A stretch of 64,000 nt of DNA from Eledone cirrhosa. Lineage: Eukaryota. Each line of letters starts with the position of its first letter. The first letter of the stretch is position 1. The notes below the pieces were generated by a model that worked only from the letters and a program-made list of their open reading frames with translations, was not told the origin of the DNA and made no database searches. Location: assembly GCA_964016885.1 (NCBI GenBank), contig OZ024740.1, forward strand, positions 288,734,001 through 288,798,000, written 5' to 3'. A program made the position numbers and the translations under genes. Below, piece by piece: positions 32,876-48,329 of the stretch.

Positions 32876-33871
32876 GTTGTTGTTATTATTATTATTATCA
32901 TTATTTAACTATAGATAACAAATTGCATTGTAAGTTTGAATTTTTTTGCATAATTTACTGCTCTAACTTATTTTTATTTGAGGGGTTTTTTTTTCTAACA
33001 ACCAATATAATATTGAAGATGATAATGACAATTTTAAAAATAATAATGTTAACAAAGTTTTCTTTGGCTTCTAATTTTTTTTTTTTTTTTTTTATGTGTG
33101 TGTGCTCTAAGCTAATTTTCTACTAAAAACAAGTTTTTTGTTTGTTTGTTTTTTTTTTCAATGAAAATTTACTATTAAGATATAAAAAGAACAACAAAAA
33201 CCAAACTTTTTCCCAAAACCTGGGGTGGTCATCAACAACTATATTTTCAAGCTGCTAACACTCACCATCTTTAGAGATGTGGCCGTTATTTTTTTTATTT
33301 ATTTATTTTTATTATTTGTTTTTTTTTTGGCATTTTGGCATGTCTAATTGACCTAGCTATTCCATATGCAGAAAAAAATCCAGTAAATAAATACATATAA
33401 ATTTTTAAAAGGTGCAAAAAAAGAAAACAAAGAACTCCTTACTCATGGTGCTTGTAATGTTTCTCTGTTATTTCTCTCTCTCTTTCTCTCTCTCTTTGAG
33501 GGACATTAAGGTTCTTAGCTTTAGGAGCATTAAGTTTTTGTTGTTTTTTTTTCTCTTTAAAAGGATATATATAATTATTGGAATTTTGATATTTTAAGAA
33601 AAGACTACAGTAGTTTTGAAATGATATCTTAGTAGAGTAGTATTTATAGCTTTAACATGTTAGCCAGGGACACTTGTAGCTAGGACTGAAATAACCTAAG
33701 AGAAGACATAGCTAGCGATAGATTTTTACCATTCTATTGGGGAAACTAATAACTCTGGTTCCAGTAATCCACTATAATATCTGTTGCTCTGATAGAGTAA
33801 GAGGACATTCAGCAATCGTAGCTTTAACATTCTAATTCTTAAGTGGCTCCAAGTATATTCATTATTGTGGT

Positions 33872-34054
33872 TTGGCAGTATCGGTAGAGCGTCAGACACC
33901 ATGCTTTGCAGCATAGGAGTTATGGCCCTTTACGATCTGAATTCAAATCCCACCAAGGTTAACTTTGCCTTTCATCCTTACGGGGTTTGATAAAATAAAG
34001 CACCAGTAATGCACTGGGGTAATTGCTGGCATTGTGCCAAAAGTAGAAACATTA

Positions 34055-34085
<31 letters not shown>
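33872..34085 (+). mobile_element. SINE family B
   Basis: Same head, central segment and (ATT)n tail as the 32650 copy. Confidence 0.75.
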
Positions 34086-34549
34086 AGGTCACTTATGTGT
34101 ATGTATATGTGTGGATGTGTGTAAAATGTTGAAAAAAAAAAAAAGAAATTATTATAAAGTTGTGGAGCCTCCCACTGCCTCTTGGTCTGGTGTATAAAAC
34201 AGTATCCCATCTGAGATACATATCTTCCATATTGTTTACTCTAGGGATTCATTCACTCTAGAGATCCTAGATCCATTTTGAGGTATTTTTGTAACAAAAC
34301 CACCATTTAATTTATTTCAACGTCATGGATCCATGTTTTGATGCATTTCACCAAATTCTTCAGGCAGCAGACCATAGTTTATAAATCCCTCACACAAGTG
34401 TGTTTAATATTACATGGGGGAAACCAAGAATGCATTCAGTATTATATGTTATGATATATTATATAATCTTTATATAACAATAAGTCGAATAGGTGTTGAT
34501 CTATTTTTGAATGATATTAAAAAAAAACATTTTTAATATATATACACAT

Positions 34550-34595
<46 letters not shown>

Positions 34596-35022
34596 ATATA
34601 TGTTTGTGTGCGTTTGAATTTCTTTCATTTTCTTCCCTCAATCACTAATTATCTATCTATTATCAAATAAACTGCTACATATTTGGAGCCCAAAAGGTTA
34701 AATGATAAATACCTGTGCAATTTTTTTAATCAGTTTGACATTCTCACCTGACTGAAGAGTTCTTATCTAACATTGTTATATTTTATCGTTTCAAGCATAA
34801 ATTGCCTTTTTACTAATCTCAAAGACTGTATGGACAAACTTTTCTCTGCCTACTCCTCACTTTATTTCCATTTTTTTTTCTTTCTCTCCTTCTTTCTCTT
34901 CCTTTCTTCCTCTTTTTGTGTGTGACTTTCTCTATATCTCTTAATCTATCTTTCTGTATGTATATATATAAATATTTATATACATATATGTGTGTGTATG
35001 TATGTGTGTGTGTGTGTATGTA

Positions 35023-35064
<42 letters not shown>

Positions 35065-36072
35065 CACACACACACACACTTTATCTCTATCTGTATCTCC
35101 TATCTCTTAGACTTTTTTCCTGTCCTGCTAGGCAGCTTGGCTTAGCTTTGCCAAGTTCCACTGCAATGTTGCCTCATAATGCTGCATGCTTAACTATTGT
35201 TTGATTTCTTTGACATTTTTCCTCCTTCTCCTTGTGTCTTTCCTTCTTCCATATACATGTTGTCATTTCATGTGTATTATGAATAAATTTTATGTGCCTT
35301 TTTGTATTGCTCTTAATATTATGTTTGTTTATTCTTAACATTAAACAAAGCAAAAAAAAATTGAACGAAAAGCAAAATCTTCCTGTTTAAGTTGATGATG
35401 TTGTAAGTTATTGTCTTGATATATATATATATATATATTCTATAATGTGTAATATATATATATATATAAATATATATACATATTTACTTTGGTTTACACC
35501 AACAGCATCCATCATAGATTAATAATGATAGCCATATTGTTAGATCTATTTCTTTAAAAGATAGATATTTAATTTAGCTACATACTTAAATGTATTAAAT
35601 GTTTCTAATTTTCTTGTGTATTTATTGAACTCCTAGGGAAGGGATTGCTTTATAACATTGGCTTCCTTTACTTAATATATCTCATCACTTAAAATTTTTC
35701 CATTCTTTTTAAAATGAAATTCAAAAATGAACCAGTTAAAGAAAGTAAAAAATGAGAGAACACTAACGATTCATAATATATACTAACATTTTCTCATCTC
35801 TCACATTCTGAATCTCATGCACCATTTATATTTCCATATTTTTAAAATTCTCTTTCCATTTTAAATCTAATGAGCCAAAAGTCATCTCTCAAGCTATTAA
35901 CATTTAAAGTGCATCTTCGTTAACTCCATTAATTCTTTAAAAATTGCTTCCTTGATTGTTGCTTTGGTGTGAACCAATTTACATGCATATATCATATCCG
36001 ATTGATACTGGGTAAACACTAAACACAGATAATATCATCATGGGTAAAACTCATTTCATACAAAATTTAATT

Positions 36073-37243
<1,171 letters not shown>

Positions 37244-37616
37244 CTGTATGTATATTAGTAATTTCTTAATAATACTAAACAAAAGGTGAATATTACTGCA
37301 TGAAAAATACCAAACTGATAAATTGCCATATAAGGATCCAAGAATTATGAGCTACTTAAACGCATGAAAATTTACCAATTGTTCACTCACTATATAACAA
37401 ATATCAGAAGAATGATACTGATGCCTGGTCTCATGGACAAGAATTAACTGAAGATTAATATATATATAATTAGCCTCAAACAGTTCCATTTCAAGGCTGC
37501 AAGAATGCATGCTGCCACTTTGGTCATCAACCAAGCTGTGTGGGATGGATTTCAATCAAACCTTAATGCTCTCTGTAGAAATTAACTAAGTTATTTGTGA
37601 ATGTGTGATTTTCCAG

Positions 37617-40600
37617 AGGCAGACAATGCAGATGGACAAATGATAATTCATGGCTACACACTTGAAAGATCCTTTGAAAATAATCTGATGTCTGATCGCA
37701 CTGAACTACAGAGTGTTGAAGTAGATGAAATCCATCATAAGCATTCCTTAACTCCATCTGATGAAGTCATGTGGATAAATGAATGCCAGCAAAGTGATAG
37801 GAAGAATTCAAATATCTGTGAGCGCTTTCAGGAAGTTGACAGTACATCCAGCAAGTCTTATCTCACAGAGTTGAAGCATTTTCAAGGAGATATGGATCAA
37901 TATGCCTCTAATGAATCCATGATAATTGATTTGAAGTTAAAAGAAAATCCTTTCAACCTAAATTCACACATCCATGATGAGTGCTTACATAAAGAAGAAT
38001 CTATTGCTTCAAACATGAAGACCTTACAATCTGATTCATGGAACACATCTGCTGATTATGATAACAGTTCTACATCATCTTGTATTACTGTTGTTGCTTT
38101 TGATACACAATCTATCCAAAGTTCCTCACCTGAACAACCTGACCCTGTATTAGGTTTATATGAAAAGCATTTATTTAAGTGTTCTGAAGTTGAAACCAGT
38201 TCCAACGATATACATACTTATTCCAAAGCACCATCTTCACAGAAACTGGACAATTTCAAACTTCCACCTTTTTCCTTTCCTTTTCATCCAATGTATTTTG
38301 AATCATATGACCATGGTGGAATGCCATGGCATATGTTTGGTGCTGGTAGAAACTTTCCTAATATGTATAACCATGAGAGCTTTCCAGATATGTATGGCCC
38401 TAACAGAATGTCTTTCCACAAGCATTACTCAAACAGAGATGCTCGAGACAGCTGTGATTACGACAGTATGTCTGAGTACCCATGTGACGTAAATAACAAG
38501 GCTGAGTATTTACACTGTGACAGAAAGTTTATGGATTCACAAGATGATATAGACATAAATACAGGATCTGTGTACTCATCTGACCATGACCAATCCGTAG
38601 GTAGTTCTGACACAGAAAGTTCTTTAGACACTAGCCATGACAACATAGCTCAACATACCCTTGACCATGACCCTGTATATGAGGAGACCTTTGCTTCTAA
38701 GCAACATGCTCCAGATACATTCACTTATAGCAGTGACTCACTAAATATTTACAAAGATGATAACATGATGCCCCTCGATACAGATGACCTTGAGGATTTG
38801 TCTCCAGACTTGTATAATTGCTACAGGTTGCCTTCTGACTTATACAAATATGACATGTTAACCAATGCATATGATATTGGGGAAATGAACTCTAGTAGAC
38901 TGACCATTAATTCACAGTACTGTAACACATTACCATCAATACAATCAGAGGCATACGACTCTGGTAGAATGCTAGCTGATGCATATGACCCACATAGAAT
39001 GACAGCTAATGCATATGACCCACGTAGAATGACAGCTAAGGCATATGATCCATGTAGAATGACAGCTGATGCATATGACCCGCGTAGAAGGACAGCTGAT
39101 GCATATGACCCGCGTAGAAAGACAGCTGATGCATATGACTCACATAAAATGAGAGCTAATACATATGACTCATATAGAATGACCTTTGATACTTATGACC
39201 CACCTAAAATGACAGCTAATAAAAATGACTCGCATAAAATGAAAGCTAATACATATGATTCACGTAGAATGACTTTTGATACTGCTGACTCCCATAGAAC
39301 AACAGATACATACGATTCTCATAGACTGAAAGCTAATACATTTGATTCTCGTAGAATGACAGATGATACTGCTGACTCCTGTAGAACAACAGATACATAC
39401 GATTCTCATAGACTGAGAGCTAATACATTTGATTCTCGTAGAATGACAGATGATACTGCTGACTCCTGTAGAACAACAGATACATACGATTCTCATAGAC
39501 TGAGAGCTAATATATATGATTCTCATAGAATGACAGATGGTACATATGATCCCCATAGAATGAGAGCTCATACATATGATCCCCATAGAATGAGAGCTCA
39601 TACATATGATCCCCATAGAATGAGAGCTCATACATATGATCCCCATAGAATGAGAGCTCATACATATGATCCCCATAGAATGAGCGCTAATACATGTGAT
39701 GTCCCTAGAGTGACCACTGATACATATGACTCAAATAGAATGAGCATTGATTCATTTGACTGTAATACCGTATTACATGATTCCTATGATTCTGGTAGAC
39801 TATCACCAGATATGTATGACTGTTATGCTTTATCACCATATATGTATAACTGTGACAGACATTCACCAGATACATTCAGCTTAGATCAAATGTCTGCTGA
39901 TTCATGCAATGAAGAATATGATGAAATGTTTTCTTCGAGGAATAGTCAGTCATCTGCAAATATTGATCAAAACTTTTACTCTACTAGAACTTACCCTGAA
40001 ACATTTAAAGAAAACTCTGCAATTTCTTTGAATAATATCTACAAACCAAGGAGTTTCTTTAAAAGGTGTGATAACCAGCAGCAACCTGTTAAAAATATAA
40101 GTAATATGTTCCCCCTTAGGGGATATCCTATGTCTAATATTTCTGACAGAGGTTTGATGTCCTACAGAAGATTTGATGCAGGGAGCTGTTGTGATGACAG
40201 TGATGAAAGTGATGTTTTGTCACTTGAAAGTTTAATTAATGATGACCTCAATGACATGAATAGTGAGGTCAATGGCACTGATAATCTGTTTGCAGAAGGC
40301 TATGATTTAGGGTTATTTTCTGACCTGCAGCATAGAATGAACCAAACACAGGATAAACATATATTTAACTGTGATGACTTTATATACTCACCAAATGCTA
40401 GAAATGGACAGTCTTCTGGCCAAAATGCTTTCAATGTCAGTAGACCAATGTCTAGTAAGTTCTCTGTTGATCAGAATGCACACTGGAATAGATGTAATAT
40501 TCCATTATACAGCAGCTTTAGTAACAACAATTATAATTATAACAGTTTTGATAATAACAGGGACAAGATGTACCAGCAGACAGAAGGTTCTAATTTCAAG

Positions 40601-42203
40601 AAAGACCACTTGAACAACACAAAGAAGATGGTGTCAAACAACCAATGCCAAGTGTATTCTCAGCCTGGAAGCTCTTTACAAAGTTTACAAAGCATTGACA
40701 ATTATGGCCCTGTGTTACTTCCTCCTCGCTACAAAGATTATGATAGACAATATCCTTATTCTGACAGGTTTAACAGCCATTACCCCTATATATTTGATCA
40801 ATGCTACCCAACACTACCAAATTATAATAGTGAAGATGGTGACTATATGTCTTTTGATAGTCCTAACAAAAAGAGTCTGAATAATCAAACATTTTCTCAG
40901 TTAAATGATCCTAACTTCACTCATGAAAATTTTCGTGATTTCTCAGAGAACAAGTCACTATTAGATTTTGAGAACAGAAGTATGAGTTTTCCTAAACGTT
41001 CTACTGGAGCAGGAAATTTTAATTCCCATCAGTCTTTAGATATGCACCCTAGATATGAAAGCAATCCCCAAGCTTCAAATGAAAAATTATCCAAACCCCT
41101 TCAAATGAGGAAACCAGAATACAATTGTTCCAGTCATTCTTCGTCTCTACCAAGATATCCCAGTAATATTACCCAAATGTCTAATTCTAACACTCCATTT
41201 CCTAATGCCATCAATAGTTACAACGGTGGTTTCAGATATAACAATGGGCCTTATGTAGACTTCCCACATGGTCCGAATTGGTTTGGCCAGCAAGAAATTC
41301 CTTTCCCTTTCCAAAGCTATCCTTTTGGTACCTGCACTTCCAGATCTGGTCTTAATCATTTCGGTAAGAACCAAATTCTTTCTGACTTCACTAAACCATT
41401 TTCTAACCATATTTTCTCTCCTGGAATGATATCAAATATGGTGAATGAAAGTTCTTTGAAGACCAAAGAATTACTGAGTGGACCATTAAAGGGTTCAGAT
41501 AGCCTATACTATCATGAAATTCCCAAACTGGGTGACCATTCTTGTTATAAATTTACACCTGGTAATTCTTTGGGCAGGTATGAAGGCTATTTAAAGAAAA
41601 TATCTTCTGATATATCATTAGAAGATGTACCTGCTCAAATTCCATCAAGACAAGAGGTGTCCAAGTCATCTATAGCACCTGAGGATGGTAAGCACTGCTA
41701 TGCAGTGATGCAGCAGATAAATCCTGACCAAACTTTCCCACTGACATATTCTATTGATTCTTTGTTTCTATTGGATTTTGAAATATCAAGAGTGGAAGAA
41801 AAGCTAACTTACGAAAGATCCAAATTGGAAAACCAGTCTATTGTAAGAGATAAGAAAACCCATTCTTTCACTGATATGTCTAGTGGTTTTGATGCCCTTG
41901 ATGGTCATGTGAGCACCTATTCTGGTAGAAGCATCTGTGATGTTCCTATGGTAGATGTTCAGTCACCTGCAGTGCCACCGTACACAATGCATGGTGTATC
42001 CTCCCCATGTCTTTGTGATAAGGTTAACATTAATAATACAACAGCATCTGAAGACAAGGAGATATCTTTAGAAGAATCAGGTTTGTTCACACAAGAATTT
42101 GAGATAGCTCCACCCAAAGACGAGTATATGTTCATCCTACATGGTTATGCTGCCAAGTTCAATCAAGATGTTTTTCTACACGAAGCTCTAAGTGACAGCA
42201 AAG
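37617..42203 (+). CDS. Giant exon 1 (4587 nt, 1529 codons, phase 1-1): low-complexity S/D/N/Y-rich, probably disordered insert, tentatively of a giant ankyrin gene
   Basis: The 1539-aa ORF 37601-42220 has an acceptor ttttccag|ag 16 nt after its ATG and a donor aaag|gtaatt just before its stop. Both are phase 1, matching the flanking exons. Confidence 0.85.
38951..39750 (+). repeat. Coding 30-bp (10-aa) tandem repeat [A/T]YD[P/S][H/R]RM[T/R]A[D/N/H], with an 87-bp higher-order unit
   Basis: TACATATGATCCCCATAGAATGAGAGCTCA x4 at 39541-39660. TYDSHRL(K/R)ANTFDSRRMTDDTADSCRTTD is repeated at ~39307-39480. Degenerate 10-aa periodicity extends from ~38800 to ~39900. Confidence 0.95.
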
Positions 42204-42832
42204 GTAATTATGGGTTTTAATCTACCATGCCAAACCATTAACAGAATCCATAAAACATTTCAAAGAACATCCAAGCTACTTATCAAAAAACACCCATAAT
42301 TATACAAAAGTTACTCACTTAAGAATTATTGTCAAGAAATTTATGAAATTTCTTGTTCTTCTTGTGCAAGTACAATGTATCTGATCTTTAGATCATGCAT
42401 AGTAGGGAACATAGTATTATGATATTTTGGCTAACTATTTACGATGTGGGTATTAATTCCAGTCTGCGTTGGTCATCACATCTAACAGTTTTATTGGCAT
42501 CCATTTCCTTTTTATTGTTACTTCCTGTTTTTGGATTGCAAAAGCATACTCTTCAAAGTGAAAGCTTTGATCCAAGATAGGCTCCTCTGGTTATCTATGT
42601 TACTGTCACTCTGGTGGTTTCTGGAAACAGCTGTGTATGACCCACTGATAAACAAAGCCTTTCATCTGCTGTTTTGTAACAGTAAAGTTGTGCAACTTCT
42701 CTGGGTGTGTGTCCTTTTTCATCAGTCATAGGAGACTTTGGAAATTTCTGATGGTGGTTAATCGTTTTCAAGTTTCAACATCAACGGCATAGATGTCATT
42801 TAGAATCCAATTAAGTATTTTAAATGTTAATG

Positions 42833-43105
42833 AGTCATGGTGAGACCTAGTGATAAGGGTGTTGGACTTACGATCATAATGTCATGGGTCCAATTCCTGG
42901 ACTGGGTTGTGTGTTATGTTCTTGAGCAAAACACTTTGTTACACATTGTGCGAGTTTACTCACCTGAAAATAAGTACCAGCAATAGCTGGGGGTTTAACC
43001 CTGCAATGAATGGACTAGCATCTTGTCCAAGGAAAGTTTACTTCATGCCATGGAAACCAGGATAAGAACCGGCCTGATGAGCCTCAAGGCTCAATACAGA
43101 CATTG
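42833..43105 (+). mobile_element. Older SINE with family-A-like head and centre but a different tail
   Basis: Degenerate tRNA head plus TTCTTGAGCAAAACACTTT…AGTTTACTCA. A similar head lies at ~50800-50935. Confidence 0.6.
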
Positions 43106-43342
43106 AGTAATAGTACAGTAAGCATACTATGAATCACTGATTTATTGTATGCAAAGATCTATAAAGAACATATTTCTTTTTTTGGGGGGTGGGGGTATAT
43201 TCCCTGTTTTTTAGTTCCTTGTCAATGATGCTATCATAAGATATATTTTCTTTCACCCCTATATTGTTTGAGAATATTGTAACCTGATCAAGGCTCTTCA
43301 TATTTTTAAGTTATGTGTGTATGGGTACTCTTATGTAATATA

Positions 43343-43374
<32 letters not shown>

Positions 43375-43392
43375 AAGAGAAAGATGCATGCA

Positions 43393-43466
<74 letters not shown>

Positions 43467-43523
43467 TATGAAAGATGCATGTGTGTGTATATATATATAG
43501 GGAGAGAGAGAGAGAAAGATGCA

Positions 43524-43572
<49 letters not shown>

Positions 43573-46174
43573 AGAAAGATGCATATATGTGTGTGTGTGT
43601 ATAGAGAGAGAGATGCATGTATGTGATTATATGTATATATGAGTATACTTATATATGTACAAATGTACTGGGTTTAGCTCACTCCAAGTTCTTATTTAAC
43701 CCCAAATCAGCCTTAATAGAGCAGACCCATAACTAAGAGAATTCAACCATGACCAGCCAGTTTTTTATGTCAATTACTACATTGTCTTATTCAACATACA
43801 ATGAATTAAACCTAATTTATGTCAGAGTGGGATTTGAAGGATATTTGGCTGCTTTTTCTCACAATTGAATATTTCATCAAGTTCAGCAGCTGCAGATTTA
43901 AAAGATAAGTCATGTGTATGAATATGATTTCCTGAATCTATCATTTAGAGAATATTTCTACTTTGTTTTAAAAATTACTCAGCTATGTCCCTCTCTTAAT
44001 GTACTTTACAAATGCATTTCCACCTCCCACATTGCTGTAAAATATCTGTTTACCTGTAAATATGTTAGTGTGTGTGTATGTGCTGTTGTTTTGCCTAGGG
44101 TCAGCGCTAATTGATCTGACCTATGGTCAAATGTGTTTTAACCATAACCTTTTACTATCTTTAGGACCATATTGCCTAATGTATACTTCTAGCATAGCTG
44201 TTAAGGCTTCTGCAGTGGATAGGAATTGCCTAGGTTGAAAAACTTTCACTTTTAAAGTGGTTAGATGCAACCTGGAGGAGATTTGACTGCTGTTTCTAAC
44301 AAGTTCAATGAAAATAGTATTCTATTCTTGTCATTTCTCTTGAATCAGCTTCAGAAAGAATGCCATATCATTGGAACCTATTCAAGAGGAAATTGCTTTG
44401 CAATTCAAATAATATGCTGTGTTCTTTATTAATGATGATTAGCATTCTGGAGAGTATGATTCTGGTGTGAATTTTACCAACTGTGGATAGGAGTATTACA
44501 TTACAATTGCTTCTGCAATCAGATCTGCCTTCCTTTTTGTGCAGTACAGTGAAATCCTGAAGTAAAATTTCTACTGTCCATATTATATTGACAAGAGTTG
44601 TTAAAGCCCTGGTGATTTCATCACCACATTTATTTTTACTAGTTCAGCTGGGTAGTTGTCAGATCTTACTGCATGGTTGTTTTTGAGTTCACTGTTCTAG
44701 TTGATCAATGATTTTGTGTCTTCCCCACACCTATCTGATATCAAACAGCCTGAAACCAACCCTGCTTCTACGTAAAAATAAAAATAAAATATTTTCTAAA
44801 AACCTTCAATCATTATTTTATGTAAGAACCTTTATGTTCCAAAAACCAACTTAGTAATTAGAAAGATACATCACTAAATCCCTCCAAACTCTTCATTATT
44901 TTCAAAATTATTTGAAAATCATAGGTGCTGTCTTTCATTAGAAATAGGATAACAAAAGGGTTAAAGTACCCTAGCATCATAAACACCTACTAACTCTCTG
45001 TACTCTGAAATCATAGACTACTTACTTATTGAAAACTATTCGCTGTACCCCTATCTTTATAAATGCACTTTAATATCATAAAATCTTATTGAAATGTACT
45101 TTATCACCACCTCATTAAAGGTGCCTCAATATCAGAAACTACTCACTCTTTTCTACTCCAACAGGTCTACCTTATTATCATAGATACATTGTTCAACAAC
45201 CATATCTGTATAGTGTTCTACCTTCAAAGTTATATCCCTATTTCATACATGTACTCTACTAATACAGTACTATTCAATCCAACCTCAGTTTTAAGTATAA
45301 TGTTGTATGTTTGTGCATGTGTGTGTGATGGGATTGCTTTGTATTCGTGTGTGGGTGTGTGTAAGAGAGAGGAAGAGAGGGGAAACATTGCAGTGTTTTG
45401 TTGTGTCTGTATGTTTGTGTCCTTGTTGAAGGTATGGCATGGCCAACTCTGGCAAGACTTGCCTCCCGGCTTGGAAGACTCATCTAACCCATGCAAGCAG
45501 GAAAAAATGGACGCTAAACAGTGATGATGATATAATCAACATCATTTAACATGTTTTCCTTGCTAGCAAGTGTTGGTTAAGTGATCACAAATCAAGTCAG
45601 TACATAATCAGAGCCACTGTGCTCTCAGATGGGCCCAGGCCACAACTTGCTTACATATATTCCAGCACTCTACGTGGCACTGGCATTAAATAAGTCATCA
45701 AGCCCTGTATACCTTTTGTTTGGCAAATTTTCTAAGGTTCGATGCCCTTTCTATCATCAACCATCTCTCAACATATACTGCATGTTATATCATGGCACCA
45801 GCACTATAGAGGTTGTTGGTCATTCACTCGAGTGAAGAGCCCTGTCTTTATATAGAGTCTATATTTCTACTCCATGCTATACTGCTTGTATGGTTCCAGT
45901 AGCATATCAATTTTTCTATAAAAATGTACTTGCCCATCACTTATCTATTCATCTTTTGGGGGAAAAGGGAAGCTGTGAGTGGCCTCCCATATGCCTTATC
46001 ACAGCACAGCATTGCTGATGATATAAGTGAAAGTGAAAAAAAAAGAATCAGCCAAATTACTTAATTGGTGTTTTATTTATTGAGCTAGGAAGGAGGTATG
46101 TGAAACTTGACCCCCATGAGATTTGAACTCTGAATATGGAGAGTCAAAGCATATACTTCAAGTCATCAACTCTG

Positions 46175-46215
<41 letters not shown>

Positions 46216-46258
46216 ACGTATTTGTCATCAGTAACATCTGTGAATCTTTGTGTTTGTT

Positions 46259-46307
<49 letters not shown>

Positions 46308-47159
46308 TCAGCATCATTTAATGCCACTTCCCTGCTAGCAAAGGGTTGGACAGGTCTATGTAGGCCAGATCAGTACTGAAGTGGGCTCACTAACCTCCCA
46401 GACAGGCTGAGGGGGCTTATCGAGTGTAGAGAAGTTTTCTTCTGACACAAACTGAAGGGTCTTCTTAAACCCTTGTTTGGCAAGCTTTCTATTGCTGGAT
46501 ACCTTTTTTAACACCAACTACTTTACAGCATGTACTGTTTGCATTTATCGTGTAGATCACCAACACTAGAGAGGTTGTTGTCTTTGACACAACAAAAGGG
46601 TCCTCTCAACCCTTTTAGACATGGTTTCTACAGTTATGTGCCCTTCCTCTCGCCAACTACCCATACAGTGTATTAGGTGCATTTTCGTGGCACCATCACT
46701 AGAGAGGTTGTTGGTCATAGACCCAACTACAGCCCTCACAGCTCTGGGTAAAGGGACAATAGAAGATAGGTATGAAGTTATAGGTGTATGTGGGGATTTG
46801 GCAAGGCAATGAGTAAAGGTTAGGGGTGGCTGATTAGTGTATGGAGATGTAGTGACGTGAGGGATATGGTCAATATGGTGGCAGTGAGGGTGTGATGAAC
46901 GGATAAGTAGGTGGTAAGTTAAGGGTAGCTTGTTAGTATATGGAGAAAATAGTGTGGGGGTGTGCTTGATATAGAGGGGGGATTGAATGGAGAGATAGGT
47001 GAGGAGGTAATGGGAGGTGAACAAGGGGTAGAAGGAGTACCTTCTAGTATGCAATGGTGAGAATATGTAAGGTTTTTAGAGGGGAGTAGTAGTTAAGGAG
47101 TGGTTGTAGAGGGGGCACGGGTGGGGAGTGCTAGAGGGCTCATGGATGGGTCAGGTCAT

Positions 47160-48130
47160 ATTGTATACTTCTGGCCAGGTCTTTGTCATCAAAGTTATGA
47201 GGCTTAGTTTCTTAAGGGCCTCTTCACTACCTCATCCCATGTCTTCTTAGGTCTGCCTTTTCCTTGGGTTCAAGCCACTGGGATTGCTCTGTATTTCTTT
47301 ATGCAGCTGCTATCCTCCCTACACATCACATGTGCATACCAGTGCAGTCTTCTCTTTTGTACATTACATCCAATTCCTCTGATGCCAAGTTTTCCTCTCA
47401 GTTCACTTATGCTACGTCATTCATGCACCCTAACATTACACATCCATCAGAGCATACTCATTTCATTTCTCTCCAGCCTTCACAGGTCTGCTGCGATTAA
47501 GACCCATCTTTTACTGCGATGTAGCATAGCAGTTTGCATGAAGGCATCATACACTTTGAGTGAGAAATCTTTTGTTGTCAGCAGAGGCATCAGCTCTCTA
47601 AACTTCTTCCAGTCTGTTCTGATCCTGGCTATCACACTTTCAGTGCATCCTCCTCCACTGCTAAGTAATAAAGGCTGTTGACAACTTCTAAGGAACCTCC
47701 CCGGCAGCTGAAGGGATCTACTACTTCACGCAACTTCAGTACTTACTTCTACTGTACATCTGCCTCATACAGAGTCTATCTTTTCCATTAATCTGCCTAC
47801 AATCCAACTATATCTCTTGTAACTGTGTGCACCTTATAGAATTTCTACCCACCCCTTTCTGACTTATCGAACAAGGCTATTTCCCTGATGGTATCACCCT
47901 CCTGTCCTCTTTCCTACTTAGCACTTTTTCTAAGTTTAGTTTTAGGCCTTTCAACTCTAGGTTCTTCTTCCATATTTGAAATTTTGTCTCCAACTCTTCT
48001 ATGGATTCAGCTAAGGACTGGGTCATCAGCATATACGAGCTCTCACAGAGTGCCAGTTTTAAACTCCTCAGTGAAGGCCTGAAGAACAATGATAAAAATG
48101 AATGGACTGAGGGCAGAGACCTGAGTTGAT
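47160..48130 (-). mobile_element. Decayed RTE-clade LINE ORF2 fragment
   Basis: Minus strand gives ELVYADD (~48020-48042) and …WKKNLELKGLKLNLEK…, with frameshifts. Confidence 0.7.
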
Positions 48131-48329
48131 AATACAACCATATAAAAGCAAAGCATATTTCAAAGCTCAAATGTGATTTTATGGTCCACAGCAAGATAGC
48201 TAAGACAGTTCAGGAGAGTTTAATCCAATCAGTAGTTTTACAATATCACAGAGCATATATATATATAAATGAATAAAAATAACCAATAAATCACCAATCA
48301 ATTAAATTATCTCAATGATTTGACATAAC

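Noticed and set aside
38951-39750. Neuropeptide precursor repeats
   Set aside because: No signal peptide, no consistent dibasic or Gly-amidation sites, and the repeats lie in an internal exon.
37601-42220. Stand-alone intronless 1539-aa gene or reflectin
   Set aside because: Phase-matched splice sites lie just inside both ORF ends, and the canonical reflectin MD(X)5MD motif is absent.
43050-43100. Hammerhead from CTGATGA-GCC-TCAA-GGC
   Set aside because: No GAAA follows the stem (TCAA instead), and it lies in a SINE tail.
46566-47054. 162-aa minus-strand ORF
   Set aside because: Low-complexity G-rich (+ strand) sequence adjoining decayed LINE fragments, with no coding signature.
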